DNA of 64,000 bases from assembly GCF_009914755.1 (NCBI RefSeq), contig NC_060931.1. The stretch is one strand, 5' to 3'. The stretch is from the human T2T-CHM13v2.0 reference genome, Homo sapiens. Both the position numbers and the translations under genes were made by a program. The notes beneath the pieces are model-generated. The model did not search any database and was not told the DNA's origin. It saw only the letters and a list, made by a program, of their open reading frames with translations. Below, piece by piece: positions 28,886 through 41,310 of this stretch. Positions within the stretch are counted from its first letter, which is position 1. Every line of letters begins with the position of its first letter.

Positions 28886-30511
28886 AATGAGTATTTTTTA
28901 AACCTGAGGGATGATTTCTGTTTTCTACTGTGGGCCGGACCAAAGATTTTCATCTCAAAATTCATATGACTTTATTGTGAATTACTTTCTTTTTATTTTT
29001 CCTTTGACATGAGTGTTAGGGTGTTAAATTTAGTTTTCAGTATGTGCTTAAGGAGGTTATATTCGCTATGACTTTCATCTCAGAAGAGTAAAGATGGCGC
29101 TAGAAGGTATCTGTTATAGAAACGATACTTCATTTTGGGCCTGAACCAGTGAAGGTCCCTTGATGTAGCTATCACGGGCAGTGTGGACTGAGCAGAAGGT
29201 GGGCTGGAATCCACACCTCAAAGTCCCAGAAGGCCCAGATAGCACCTTCTCCTCTGTGGCCCTAGCCTCTCAGCAGTGTCTTCAGAGCGCCCACCAAGGT
29301 GGTAGGGTGGGAAACCAAGGCCCCCTGCTTTGCAGAGTGAGAGTATCTGGGGCAAATGGAAAGCTTCATCAACTCTAAAATTTCAAAGTTGGTTTTATGC
29401 AATAAAAAGAAAGTAATTGCAATGGCAGTTTCCCCAAGCAGACTGGAGTTTCTCATTCTAAAACGTTTTCCGAATTGGACACCCACAGAGCTCCCTGCAG
29501 TGCAGTGGGCTGACTCGGTTATTAAATGTGCACTCACATACACATGGCCTGTTCATACCCACGGCCCTAAAGCATCGGGGTCTGAAGGTGGAGAGGAGCT
29601 GTGTCTAGTCCTGACCCCTGGGCAGGAGTCTCTTTTCAGAGTTCTCAAGGCACATAAATATCCCATCTCTCTCAGAAACCTCCAGAGACTGAAGCTCACA
29701 GATGGAGAAAAAGCCTTGTTTTGCCAGTGGTAGCAAACAAAGAGCAAGAGTCCCTCACGGACGCATGTCCAGCGCCCGGGGCCCTGGCTCCTTGGCTCCC
29801 AGACCTCCTCTATCCTGGTTCTCTGATGTGAGTACCAGGAAGTCCCTTTATAAGACCTGGGTCCTAGGACCTCACTCAGCTCCCTGGAGGGGGTGGTGGC
29901 CAAGGGAAGCATCTCAGAATAAAGGTGACCCTGGGCTGACTGAGACCATCCAGAGACAGCCCCCAAAAGGCAGAGGTGCTGCCATCAGCCCTGGTCTCTT
30001 GCTGACGCCTGAGTCCTTGGAGGGCTCCAGGAGTGTCTATGCCTGGTGCTGCGGTCACTCCTCCATCCTCCACCTCAGATGCGCACGCTGCTGTCTTCCC
30101 CCATGCTCTGAGGGCCCGGCACTGGCAGGATGATGCCCATAACTGGGCACTGCTCAGTTATAACACACAGTACGGAAATAACGACACCTGGACTTTTAGA
30201 AAGTACCATGGATCCCCTGTGTCCCTAGCACGGATCTGAAACCCCCATACCCAGATCACTAATAGCCAAATTCAAGGCCCCTTCATTCTTCCAATGTCCA
30301 GCTGCTACGGGCGCAGGCGCTGGGGCCCACTTGCTTACTTCCCTCCCTCCCTCCTGAGATTCTTCCTCTGCAGAGTTGGAGGCCAATGCCACCCCATGGA
30401 ACCCCCATCCTGCCTAAATGCTATCCTCCATTGTCTCTGGGACCCTAATAGAGCTCCCAGGCTCAGTGCACCTTCTCAGTGCCTTCTCTTCTGGTAAGAC
30501 AGTAACCATGC

Positions 30512-30512
<1 letters not shown>

Positions 30513-30551
<39 letters not shown>
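30513..30551 (+). repeat. Pure poly(A) tract, 39 nt
   Basis: Direct count. Confidence 0.95.
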
Positions 30552-30552
<1 letters not shown>

Positions 30553-32017
30553 AAGCAAGGGCCCAGCCCAAGACCCCAAGGCTCGCCTCTGCCCTCAGGG
30601 AAGAGCCACACTCCTTGGCCCCCATCCTGGCCCTCCATGGTGGGGCCTATCTGCATCTCCAGCCTCACTCCCCAGCACTGAACTTCCCTGGCACACTATG
30701 CTTTCTCCCGGTCTGCCTCTCCTCCAGACCATCTGCCTGGTAAGGATCCCTCTGCCTCACAAGGCCTGGCTGAGAGGCTCTGGCTGAGCACCCCCAGCAC
30801 GTTCCCCAACTCTGGAGTTGAAATGAGGTGGGACTGTCTGCCTGTCTCCACTTTGTGAGGCTGTGAGCCTTCTGCCACGGAATCAGAGCTTGCAGATAAG
30901 CTACTTTCTGAATCCTAAAGCGCTCTTCCAGCTTTCACATTTGGTTCCTTTGGTTGGGGTTTAGCACACAATTTAAATCAACGGGCTCTCCATGGTCAAT
31001 TATTAAAAGCTTACAGTTTCCATTGCTCTGAACTTTCTTTAGGATGCACAGGTTATCAGCCATGGGTTAGCACTAACAGAGCAGATGCCGAGTCTGGGAG
31101 GGACATTAAATGCCTGGTGGGAATGCCACAGCACTATCTGCAAGCAGAACAGGGCCTGCCAGGTTGCTGTCATCACAGGGTGGAGGTTGATGTAACATGA
31201 ATAAAATATTTTGACAACATGAAGCAAAGAGCCCTCAAGGTATGAAAAAAAACCACAGAACTGGCTTTTTGCCACCCACGGAATCATGAATTTCACAGGT
31301 TGAGTCATTTCTTTTGTTACTGGGATATCATCAGTTGAAATATTCTCCCACTTAAAAGGGTATGATACAAAAAACCCACCACGTGCAGGCTGAAACCAGG
31401 CTGAGACCCAGAGTGGGGCGGGGACAATGAGCCTGGCAGCAGCACCCAGGGGCTCTTCCACAAAACACCAGTGGCAGCAGAAGTCAGACCAGAGTGAGGG
31501 AGCAGGGCCTCATGGCTGGCAGGCACTTGTGGGGAGTAAAATGTCCCCAAACCAACTCCCTGAATCTCACCCATTCTACAAGAAGGATACAAAACTGTGC
31601 TCACTGGCACACAGAGCACCCAGGTCTCAGCCACCAGAGCTTTGTGATACCCCACCTCTGGAGGGCCTCTCTCTGATCTTGTAGGTGGGCAGGGCTACTC
31701 TACACTGTCCAGCGATAAATCTCCCCTCAGTGCCCATTCAGCAGAGTAGTTCAGGTCTCAAAAGGATCATTTGCAGTTCCGCCTGTCCCAGACCCCTGTA
31801 TTTGCAAACATATGTCGAACTCTTCCTGCATGCCAGGGAAAAAAAATAATGAGCACTTCCCTCAACAGGTTTACTGGCTGGTGTAAGAGTGTGAGTTTAG
31901 TGGAATTAGGACATAGCCATGGGGTGCAGAGTCAGAGAGACGAGAGCTCTGTTACGTGTCCTGGTGAAATGAAGGTACCTAAAACAGTGTAGGCACTCAG
32001 AGTAACAGTTCTTACTA

Positions 32018-33200
32018 TTACCAACATCATCAACATCACCATCAGTAACACCACCATAAACATCATCACTATCATCACAGTCATCACCGTCATCATCACT
32101 ATCACCAAAGCATCATCACCATCATCACAGTCATAACCATCATCACTGTCATCATCACCATCACCATTACCACCATCAACATCATCACAGTCATCACCAT
32201 CACCATCACCACCATCAACATCACCATTACCACCATTAACATCATCACCACCATCAACATCACCACCATCATCAGAGTCATTTACCATCACCATCACCAA
32301 CATCATCACAGTCATCACCATCATCAGGGTCATCACCATCACCATCATCATCATCATCACCATTACCACTATCAAGATCATTACCACCATCAACATCATC
32401 ACCATCATCACAGTCATCACCATCATCAGGGTCATCACCATCACCATCATCATCACCATTACCACTATCAAGATCATTACCACCATCAACATCATCACCA
32501 TCATCACAGTCATCACCATCATCAGGGTCATCACCACCATCACCATGACCATCATCACCATCAACATCATCACCACCTTCAACATCATCACCATCATCAT
32601 TGTCACCATCACCATCACCAAACAATCATGACCATCATTATCATCACCATCATCACCATCATCTCTGTCATCATCACCATCACCATCATCACCATCACCA
32701 TCACCACTGTCATCACACCATCACCACCATCAACATCATCACAGTCATTATCACCATCATCAGGGTCATCACCATCAACATCAGCACCACCATCACCATC
32801 ATCACCATCATCCCAGTCATCACCATCATCGCTGTCATCATCACCATCACCATCATCACTATCACCACCATCAACATCATCACCACCATCACCGTCATCA
32901 TCCACCATCACCACCATCAATATCACAGTCATCACCATCATCATCATCATCATCATCACCATCATCACTGTCATCATCACCATCATCATCATGTCATCAC
33001 CATCATAAGGGTCATCACCATCAACATCAACATCATCACCACCATCAACATCACCATCATTACAATCAACACCACCACCATATCCATCACCACCATCAAT
33101 ATCATCACAGTCATTACCATCATCACCATCACCATCATCATCACCATCACCATCACTGTGATCATCACCACCATCAGCAGCAGCACCACTATTATTATTA
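32018..33200. repeat. ~1.2-kb degenerate (CAT/CAC)n triplet repeat / VNTR
   Basis: Near-continuous catcac/catcat triplets with recurring variant blocks. Confidence 0.97.
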
Positions 33201-34110
33201 TGGTGCTGGTATGAAAGACTTTCTCAGGAAATACTTAGCCTTCACATATAATTTTCATCTCATAAATAATGCAGGATGCACAGAAGTCCCCCGGAGGAGC
33301 ACAGGGCAATGCTATTCCCAACTCTCTACCACAAGTGGTGGTCTTTCTCATAATGAGGACATAATCTGCAAATAGTGAAAGATTCTGGTAACTTCAGGAT
33401 GCTGAGGTCTCTGTGACAAACCTTCATCCACAGTCAGAATTAAGAAAGTTGTGTAGCAGTTTGTGTCCAGGGATGAGATGGAAGGCAGGCCAGCAAGAAG
33501 GGGCTCATGTAGACATAGTGCTCTCAGAACTTCCAGTCTATGGTTTCCCCTTGTGAGCGAGACTCAAGGTAGTCTCCAGTCAGTCAGGCAATGCCACACT
33601 ATCTATGGGGCTGAACCTCATGCACACAGATGTGGAAATGATGCCCCTTGCAGGGTTAGGTGATGGTACCATTCTGGGCATGTCATGAGCCTTTTGGACG
33701 TGCCAGAATCCTTCCTATTCACACATGGATCTAAGCTGAAAGAGGAGGGCTCCAGCTCAACAGCCCTGGTCTCCTTTGGCTGGCTGAGGAGACGGATATG
33801 GGTTGAGGGATCTAGGACACCTTCAAAGTGCAGGCACTCCAGCAGCATCCCCAACCTTCTGACGATGTCCCAGGGACTCGGAACTAGCTGCTTTGCTACC
33901 ACACTTGTACGCGTGTCCCTGCTAGGATCTAGTAATTTTTGTTTTCTGCCGCTTGCCAAAGTAGCCATTTCCTATTGAGAAATGTCAATACTGAAATTTA
34001 AATTTTAAAATCAAAAGAGTTCCAGTGTTTTCTATACCTGCTAGTGAGGGAAGAAACAATTCCTTCCTTGCTTAGCTGCAGTGCCTGAGAGCTACAGAAG
34101 TAAGCAATAA

Positions 34111-34372
34111 TTTTTTTTTTTTTTTTTTTTTTTTGGGCCAGAGTGCTTGCTCTGTCACCCAGGCTGGAGTGCAGTGCACGGTCTCAGTTCACTGCAATCT
34201 CTGCCTCCTGGGTTCAAGTGATTCTCCTGCCTCAGCCTCCCAAGAAGCTGGAATTACAGGCATGCACCACCATGCCTGACCAATTTTTGTAACTTTGTAG
34301 AGACAGGGTTTTGCCATGTTGGCCAGGCTGGTCTTGAACTCCTGACCTCAGGTGATCTGCCTGCCTCGGCCC
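34111..34372 (-). mobile_element. Alu SINE, slightly 5'-truncated
   Basis: Poly-T plus reverse-complement Alu ending cctcggcc. Flanking agtaagca at 34099-34106 and 34373-34380. Confidence 0.93.
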
Positions 34373-34995
34373 AGTAAGCATCTTTTAATGGGATTTCTAT
34401 CAGGTCAGAAAGTCTTGGACTGAGATCCAAAAGCCTGCCATGCAGGCTGTTCAGAGACCACCTCTACACTGTGCAGGCTTTTGACACTAAATGAAGTGCA
34501 AGTCTCAAGGCTTGCTCCATCTCCCAGCTTGGTGCTTACCTAGCACAAGAGGCACGTCCTGGAAGAGGAAGCGGAGCTCCCAGGAAGGGCATGGCTCACT
34601 CTGCCCTGTTTCCAATGCTGCGGCTAACCCTTCAGTGTCCATTCATCACTGCTCATGGACAGTTGCTCATGTGTGGCAGGGTTCCTACAAGAAGGTCACT
34701 TCCCAATTTTAAAAAGCTCTGGGGAGACTGGTAACCAGTTTTGCTTATACCTAATCTTCTGACATCTTTTTAGTTCTGAAGCTATGAAAAAAATGGACCA
34801 ATGGCCCCAGATGCCTGTCAAATATGAATAGATTAATAAATACTTTAAATTTGTATTGTCAATACCCAAATATGCACTGAATTTTACTGGTCTGTTGTTG
34901 AGATATGAAAGTCCTTAGACTTCAAAATGATAATTAAATAACTTTTATAATAAAACGCATTAAAGAGTATCTAAAATCAAAATCAAAATGTGTTA

Positions 34996-35613
<618 letters not shown>

Positions 35614-35771
35614 AAAGTAATGAGTTTACCAAGTAATTTAAAAACAGCCAAACTGAGGGTGGATAATATGATGTGGCTTTCGAAAATTTCAGGCCTTATA
35701 ACTGTTTCTTTGCAGCAAGAACAGGGAATCACTAAGGATTGAATTCAATCAATTGGAAGACATATTAACCT

Positions 35772-35826
35772 CAAGAGACTACTATATGTTAACCTAAGCC
35801 AAGAGACTACTATATGTTAACCTAAG
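35772..35826. repeat. 28-bp-period tandem duplication
   Basis: caagagactactatatgttaacctaag x2. Confidence 0.9.
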
Positions 35827-36559
35827 TATGTGGAGTCCTCTTCTCCACATACACTCAGATGCCTCCAGCCTCCTCCAAACCTACATGAGATTGTTATCCA
35901 GGAGAAAAGACTTCTGATTTTAATGTTTCCAAGTAACTTCTTTTAAGAAGGTTTGGTGAAGTAAGTCAGGTATGATACTGCAGATAGTTTTTTCCCATTA
36001 GAGCCTTTTTAGTAAACTCAGAATTTCCCAAATATATTTGTTTAATGCATCGACCTGGACCTATTGTTCAGGGACTGCTACCCTGCTGTGGTGTTGTGGT
36101 TGCTATACGGCTGTATTGTAAAGTCCAATAATCTACTCATGGGGGACTCTCCAGGCTCCTTCCAACTCCCAGCACATGACATACAAAGAGGGAGTTACTC
36201 AGGCAAGCTGGAATGACAGCTGTTTGCTCAGTCACACACCTAGTACATGAAAGGTGGATGTGAACGAGCGTTTCTTCACACCTTCCCCGGGCCAGGCACT
36301 GGGATAGGGTTTCCTTCTCACAGATGGAGTGAAGAGAAATTCACAGAGACGCTGCCCTTTACCCACTTGCGTCACTCAGGCAACCCACAGCACACTCAGA
36401 CCTGAAGCCAGGACCAACATCTGCAGGGTGTGTGCTCCTTCGCCCAGGCCACCCCAGACCTGAGTCGGGACTGCAGTCCTCACCTGTGTGACTCCAAAGA
36501 GGATGGAGACACTGAGTCCACACCTCAGGGCACTGACTTTTGCTCTACTATGCAGGTCC

Positions 36560-36604
36560 CATGTGAACCTGGGCAGGCCACATGTGAACCTGGGCAGGCC
36601 ACAT
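36560..36604. repeat. 21-bp tandem duplication
   Basis: catgtgaacctgggcaggcca x2. Confidence 0.9.
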
Positions 36605-38168
36605 AATCTACTGACACCTCCATCAACACGACTGTAAGGCAGAGACTGGTGCCTGCAGCCGGGGTGCTTAGGACGATGACATGGGCCAGCACACCTAAAC
36701 CAAGAACCACGCCAGCATAAATGGTAGCATCTCTCATCCGTGTTACCAGCACATGGTGGGAATCACATGCACGGCGTCACACAGCCATGTCCCTTGTCCT
36801 TTACCTCTCTGGTCTTCACTTTTAGAGGCAAGTCCCTCTAAGGAGCCAGCAGCCCCCAGATGGCAAAACACCCCAACGTGCCAATGTGGGAGGCCCTGGC
36901 ACCACACGGATGCCACATTTTCTGGCCCAAGGTTATCCTTTGGGTCCTGGTCCTTGCATGGCACTGCCAGGGCTCCCAGAACACAGCTCTGTCTCTCCAC
37001 CTTCTGTAGCCTCCCAGTGCCCGCAGGCACAGCCGCTACAGCCTGGCCGTCCTCTCCTGGCGTGCACCTCTGTGCAGGAGCTTCCAGACCACATGATCTC
37101 ACCCACACAGTCCCCTACCTGAGACAACCCTGCTCCGTCCCAATGCCCCTCTCTGCCTGCTGAGTGTTTCCCTGGCCGACCTGACCACCTCCAGCTCTCT
37201 GGTCCCCTCAGCCTTCATGCTTTCCCAACAGAAAGAACACTGTATAGTAACCTGGTCCCAACATGCAACTTGCCCCATTACATCGATGCAGCTTGAAGAT
37301 AGTGCTGCTGTAACCCAGGCAGATGTCACTGCCTGTCCACCACTCTCAGCCCTGGTTCCTCCCAGGCCTCAAGGCTGCACAGAAAGGCACTGTGCTGGTT
37401 TCCAAACCACCAGCCTCACGGGAAAAGGACATGTGCAGTCCTGGCCTCCCTGCAGTTAGCATGACCCCAGCCTGGTTTTGGGGCATCCCCAGAGGCCCCC
37501 GCACCGGGACCCATGGCTTTGGGTCCCACCACAGCTCTCAGTCCCCTCACCCCTGGGCCTGTTCCCCCAAGCCCCTCCCATCACTGAGCTGCTCTCCACA
37601 GTAGAACCCCTTGTGGACCCCAGGCCTCTGCCCAGCCACTGCCTTCCATAACCAGTCTCCCCACACCACCACGGCCAACTCTGACAGGTGTATTTGTAAT
37701 CAGAACATTTTATACCACGACTGCTTAATCAATTCCTTGTGCCAAAGCTGTCTGAGGGCTCAGTAGTCTTCTTCATCCCCAACCTTCAGCCCCACTGAAG
37801 TACCTGGCATTCTTCCACAAAGCCCTGACCTATACCGCAGGGACAGAAGTAAGTATGCTTTCTTTGTAAATCCACCAACATTCACGAAGGAAGAATGGTT
37901 TCACTGTTAAGCCCATTCTGCAATGGAGGCATGACCGGCCCTTTCCAGCAGAGAGCATGCTGTCCCTGCCCCTGCACTGACGTTAACAGCAAGTCTTCTG
38001 CCTGGTTCTTCCCATCCTCCAAATCTCCTACCAAGGGACCACACCAGCATGACAGCATTTGGATCCTAGGCCAAAATTCACAAGAGTTGAAACTGCAAGG
38101 GAAATGTCCCTCCCTTGTGGATTTCGCCAAAAGCTAACCTACTAGACTGATTTCTCATCACACATTAG

Positions 38169-38209
38169 CCTCCCGTGGAGCACCTCCCGTGGAGCACCTC
38201 CCATGGAGA
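38169..38209. repeat. 14-bp tandem repeat, ~3 copies, just downstream of the large exon's donor
   Basis: cctcccgtggagca x2 plus cctcccatggaga. Confidence 0.9.
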
Positions 38210-38219
38210 CCCAGCTCAC

Positions 38220-39476
38220 CTTGCCGCCCGGTGGCCCTGCTGGGGCCCTCTCCTGTGTCAGGCAGCCTGCTGCTTGCCCGGAGCCCGCCTCCCACGCTGT
38301 CTGGAGACACAGAGCCATTGGCCTGGCTACCGAGGGCGTTCATGTGGGTAGGGATGGGCTCGAAGGTGGGATCCAGCTCCAGGATCAGCCTGTTGAGCTG
38401 CTCGATGGACTGGTCGATGTCCAGGGTGGGCGAGCCTGGGGAGGGGCCTGTGCTCAGCTCTGGGCCGGCTCCATTCACAACCTGGTCTCCTGGAAACCTG
38501 GGTTTGAACGCTTTGCTGGGAGAGGGCTGCTGTGTGTCAGGGGGATGTGGCCCACTGCCTACACCCCTCTGGACAGCCACCCTACTGCTGGTCCCTCGGG
38601 TGGGGGTGAGTGGCACTCTGGGCTGGGCCTGGACGAGGCCAGGATTGTCTGCAGGGCAGCGGCTCACCAGCCGGGCCTCCCCATCTGGGGCGAAGCTATA
38701 CTGGTGAGCTACAACCATCTGCTGCTGGCGCACCCAGGTCTGTGTGGAGTAGCTGCTCTGCCCATAGGCCTGCATCTGGGCGGACACTGAGGGCTTTCTC
38801 AGCAGGGGCTGGGGCTGCTTGGGCTCTCGACTCCCAAAAGTCCGCTCCCGCTCATAGGGGCCGTCCATGCCAAGGCCCAGGTCCGGAACGAGGGTGCCCT
38901 GCGGATCTTCACCAACGTTGCTGCCAAAACCGTCAGATAGGAGTGAGTTCTGGCTGCTCTTGTGGCAGGTGAAGGGACCCAGGTGGGCCGACTGAGGCCC
39001 TTCCGAGGAGGACAGGGTCCCAAGGCTGTCCACACTGTGCAGGTCGTGGTGGGGCATCTCGTCATCCAGAATGTCTGTCTCCCGATCCTTCAGAGCAGCG
39101 TCTCCATTCACGTGAACCTGGGCTGGCACCACGTGGCGGGTCCCACTGTACTTGCTTCGAGCATCAGTCATTTCCTTGAGGGAGCTTCCAGGATCTTCCA
39201 GGCCAAAGCCACTGAGCAGCTGGTCCAACTCAGCCTTCTCCTGGGCACTCAGGCCCCTCCTGGTTCCTGGGGCCAGGCGCTCTTCCGTCTTATCCGTCCT
39301 GGCAGAGGCTGTAGAGTGGCCGGAGTCACTGCTGACAGACAAGGTGTGGTCACTGTGGTCTGGGCTGTTGGTGGCCGGGATTGCCTGGGGGCCACCTGGG
39401 ATGCCAGGATCCGAGGAGCTTTTCTTCCTCACCTTCGCGTAAAGGCTGCCATCGACAGGGCCCTGCGTGTGTAGCA
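38220..39476 (-). CDS. TNS3: Tensin-3 large internal coding exon (1257 nt, phase 1/1): (V)LHTQGPVDGSLYAKVRKK...ATGRQ(G)
   Basis: 439-aa ORF recognised as tensin-3 (GSLYAKVRKK, QEKAELDQLLSGFG, LDIDQSIEQLNRLILELD). Acceptor ttttctcccccgcag|TG at 39477/39476 and donor CAAG|gtgagc at 38220/38219. Confidence 0.97.
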
Positions 39477-39907
39477 CTGCGGGGGAGAAAACCGGAGAGA
39501 GGCTTTCAGTCAGGGATGAAAGTGAGCCTCACACCCTCTGAATGGGCGTGTGCATCTGTCTAAACAAATAAATGGATTCAAAATATGACTTACAATAAAC
39601 AAGGACAAAGATTCCTCTAACATCACAAAGTTCTATATATACTCTGGAGGATGCCAATGAAAAGGCATTCAAATAAACATCTTCAGGTGCTAGAATCACT
39701 TCTACCTTTCCATGCAAAACAAATTGTCATTTTGAACTCTGGGATTCTTCACCTTTTGAATCATCTTGCCTTTAGGGCTCATGGTTAATTTCATCATGAT
39801 TGTGAACATTGAGCTCGGCTTGGATCATAAATCCCCAAGAATGGACTGTTCATCTTAGACAAGAAGAGCTTCCGTTCATAGACCTGTCTAACATTTGTTG
39901 AGCATCA

Positions 39908-40157
<250 letters not shown>

Positions 40158-41109
40158 CTGAATGTCTGCTCAAATGTCAATAAGAAATTCAATGAAAAGA
40201 GAAAGTGCAGGAATTGATTTGGGTCTTCCTGTTTGGCACAGCAACTTTGGGCCACGTAGGTGCCGGGTGAATGTCTCAGGATCACAGACACTTGAGGCTG
40301 ACCTGCATGCGCTGATTTCCATACATGGAATGTCAGGAAAATGAAACTTTGAACTAAAGTGTGGGCAGGAAGGGCTGAAGCATCAGCTGCTATTATTAAT
40401 CACGGCCATGGCTCTGGCATTCGGGGACTCCCAAGCCTCAATCTGCTGACTGGCCAATTGCCGCGACCACACATAGCAGGTCCTTACCAAGAGCCTCCTA
40501 AAATAAGCGGGAGTTTGTAGTCAGCACATGCCTCACCCCATGGGCCTCCCGCACTTTCTTCTACTTCCTCGACTGTGAAATTGCAAGCATTCCACAGCCA
40601 GGGAGCTGCTGGTGGTGGGAAGCCCACGCTGCGTGGGCACCTGGAATTTGAGAGACGTGAGCCACTACCTAACAGCAGTCACTGAGCCTGGCCCAGGAGC
40701 CCTCTGGAGGGACCTGCCCTGAGCATGTGCCTCACAGCCCCGGGCTCCAGGTTGATGCACCACCATGGTCAGCAGCTGCTGGCCTTTTTGAAAACACTGG
40801 GACAACGTGTTGGGACAGAGTCCCAAGAGGTCCTGGGGTGTGGTGCTGAAAACGCGCCCACGCCAGGCTTTCTTCTTGTTTCAACAGTGCCCAAGGGAAA
40901 GCACGCAGAGAAGTGGGGAGTGGGGAGAGTGGACACAGGGGTATGGGCCCGTCTGCAGTGGCCCTGACTCCCATCCTAAAGTCAAGCCTAGGGGAGGAAG
41001 GGTCTGGGAGTAGAAATGCTACATAAAATGCTGAAAATAAACCAAGGCTTCAAGGCAGGGAAAGTGATGACAGAACATATGCCATGGGATTAATTCAAGG
41101 TAACAGTCT

Positions 41110-41310
41110 CAGTGACAGCTACTGTTTTCTGAGTACCTTTTATTGACAGGGCAGGAGCATCGTGCATTTTCTCTAATTCTCACAGTATGACCTATGTTGT
41201 TATTCCTTGTTTATCTATAAGGAACTGAGGATCAAAGAGAATAAATAACTTGCCCAAGGTCAGGCAGCTGCTAGGAGGTGGAGGTGGGCCTAGAACCCAG
41301 GTGCACTGGC
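41110..41310 (+). mobile_element. MIR SINE
   Basis: Core motif ataaggaactgaggatcaaagagaataaataacttgcccaaggtcaggcagct. Confidence 0.7.

Noticed and set aside
31932-33214. Poly-His/Ile/Thr and Met/Val/Asp ORFs
   Set aside because: Translations of the CAT/CAC repeat, with no splice or promoter support.
38158-38219. C-terminal extension of the 439-aa ORF (ELGLHGRC...ANV)
   Set aside because: Lies beyond the canonical donor at 38219 and is intronic. The ORF's initial 'M' is a GTG straddling the acceptor.
38189-39474. Overlapping plus-strand ORFs
   Set aside because: Antisense shadows of the GC-rich TNS3 exon.
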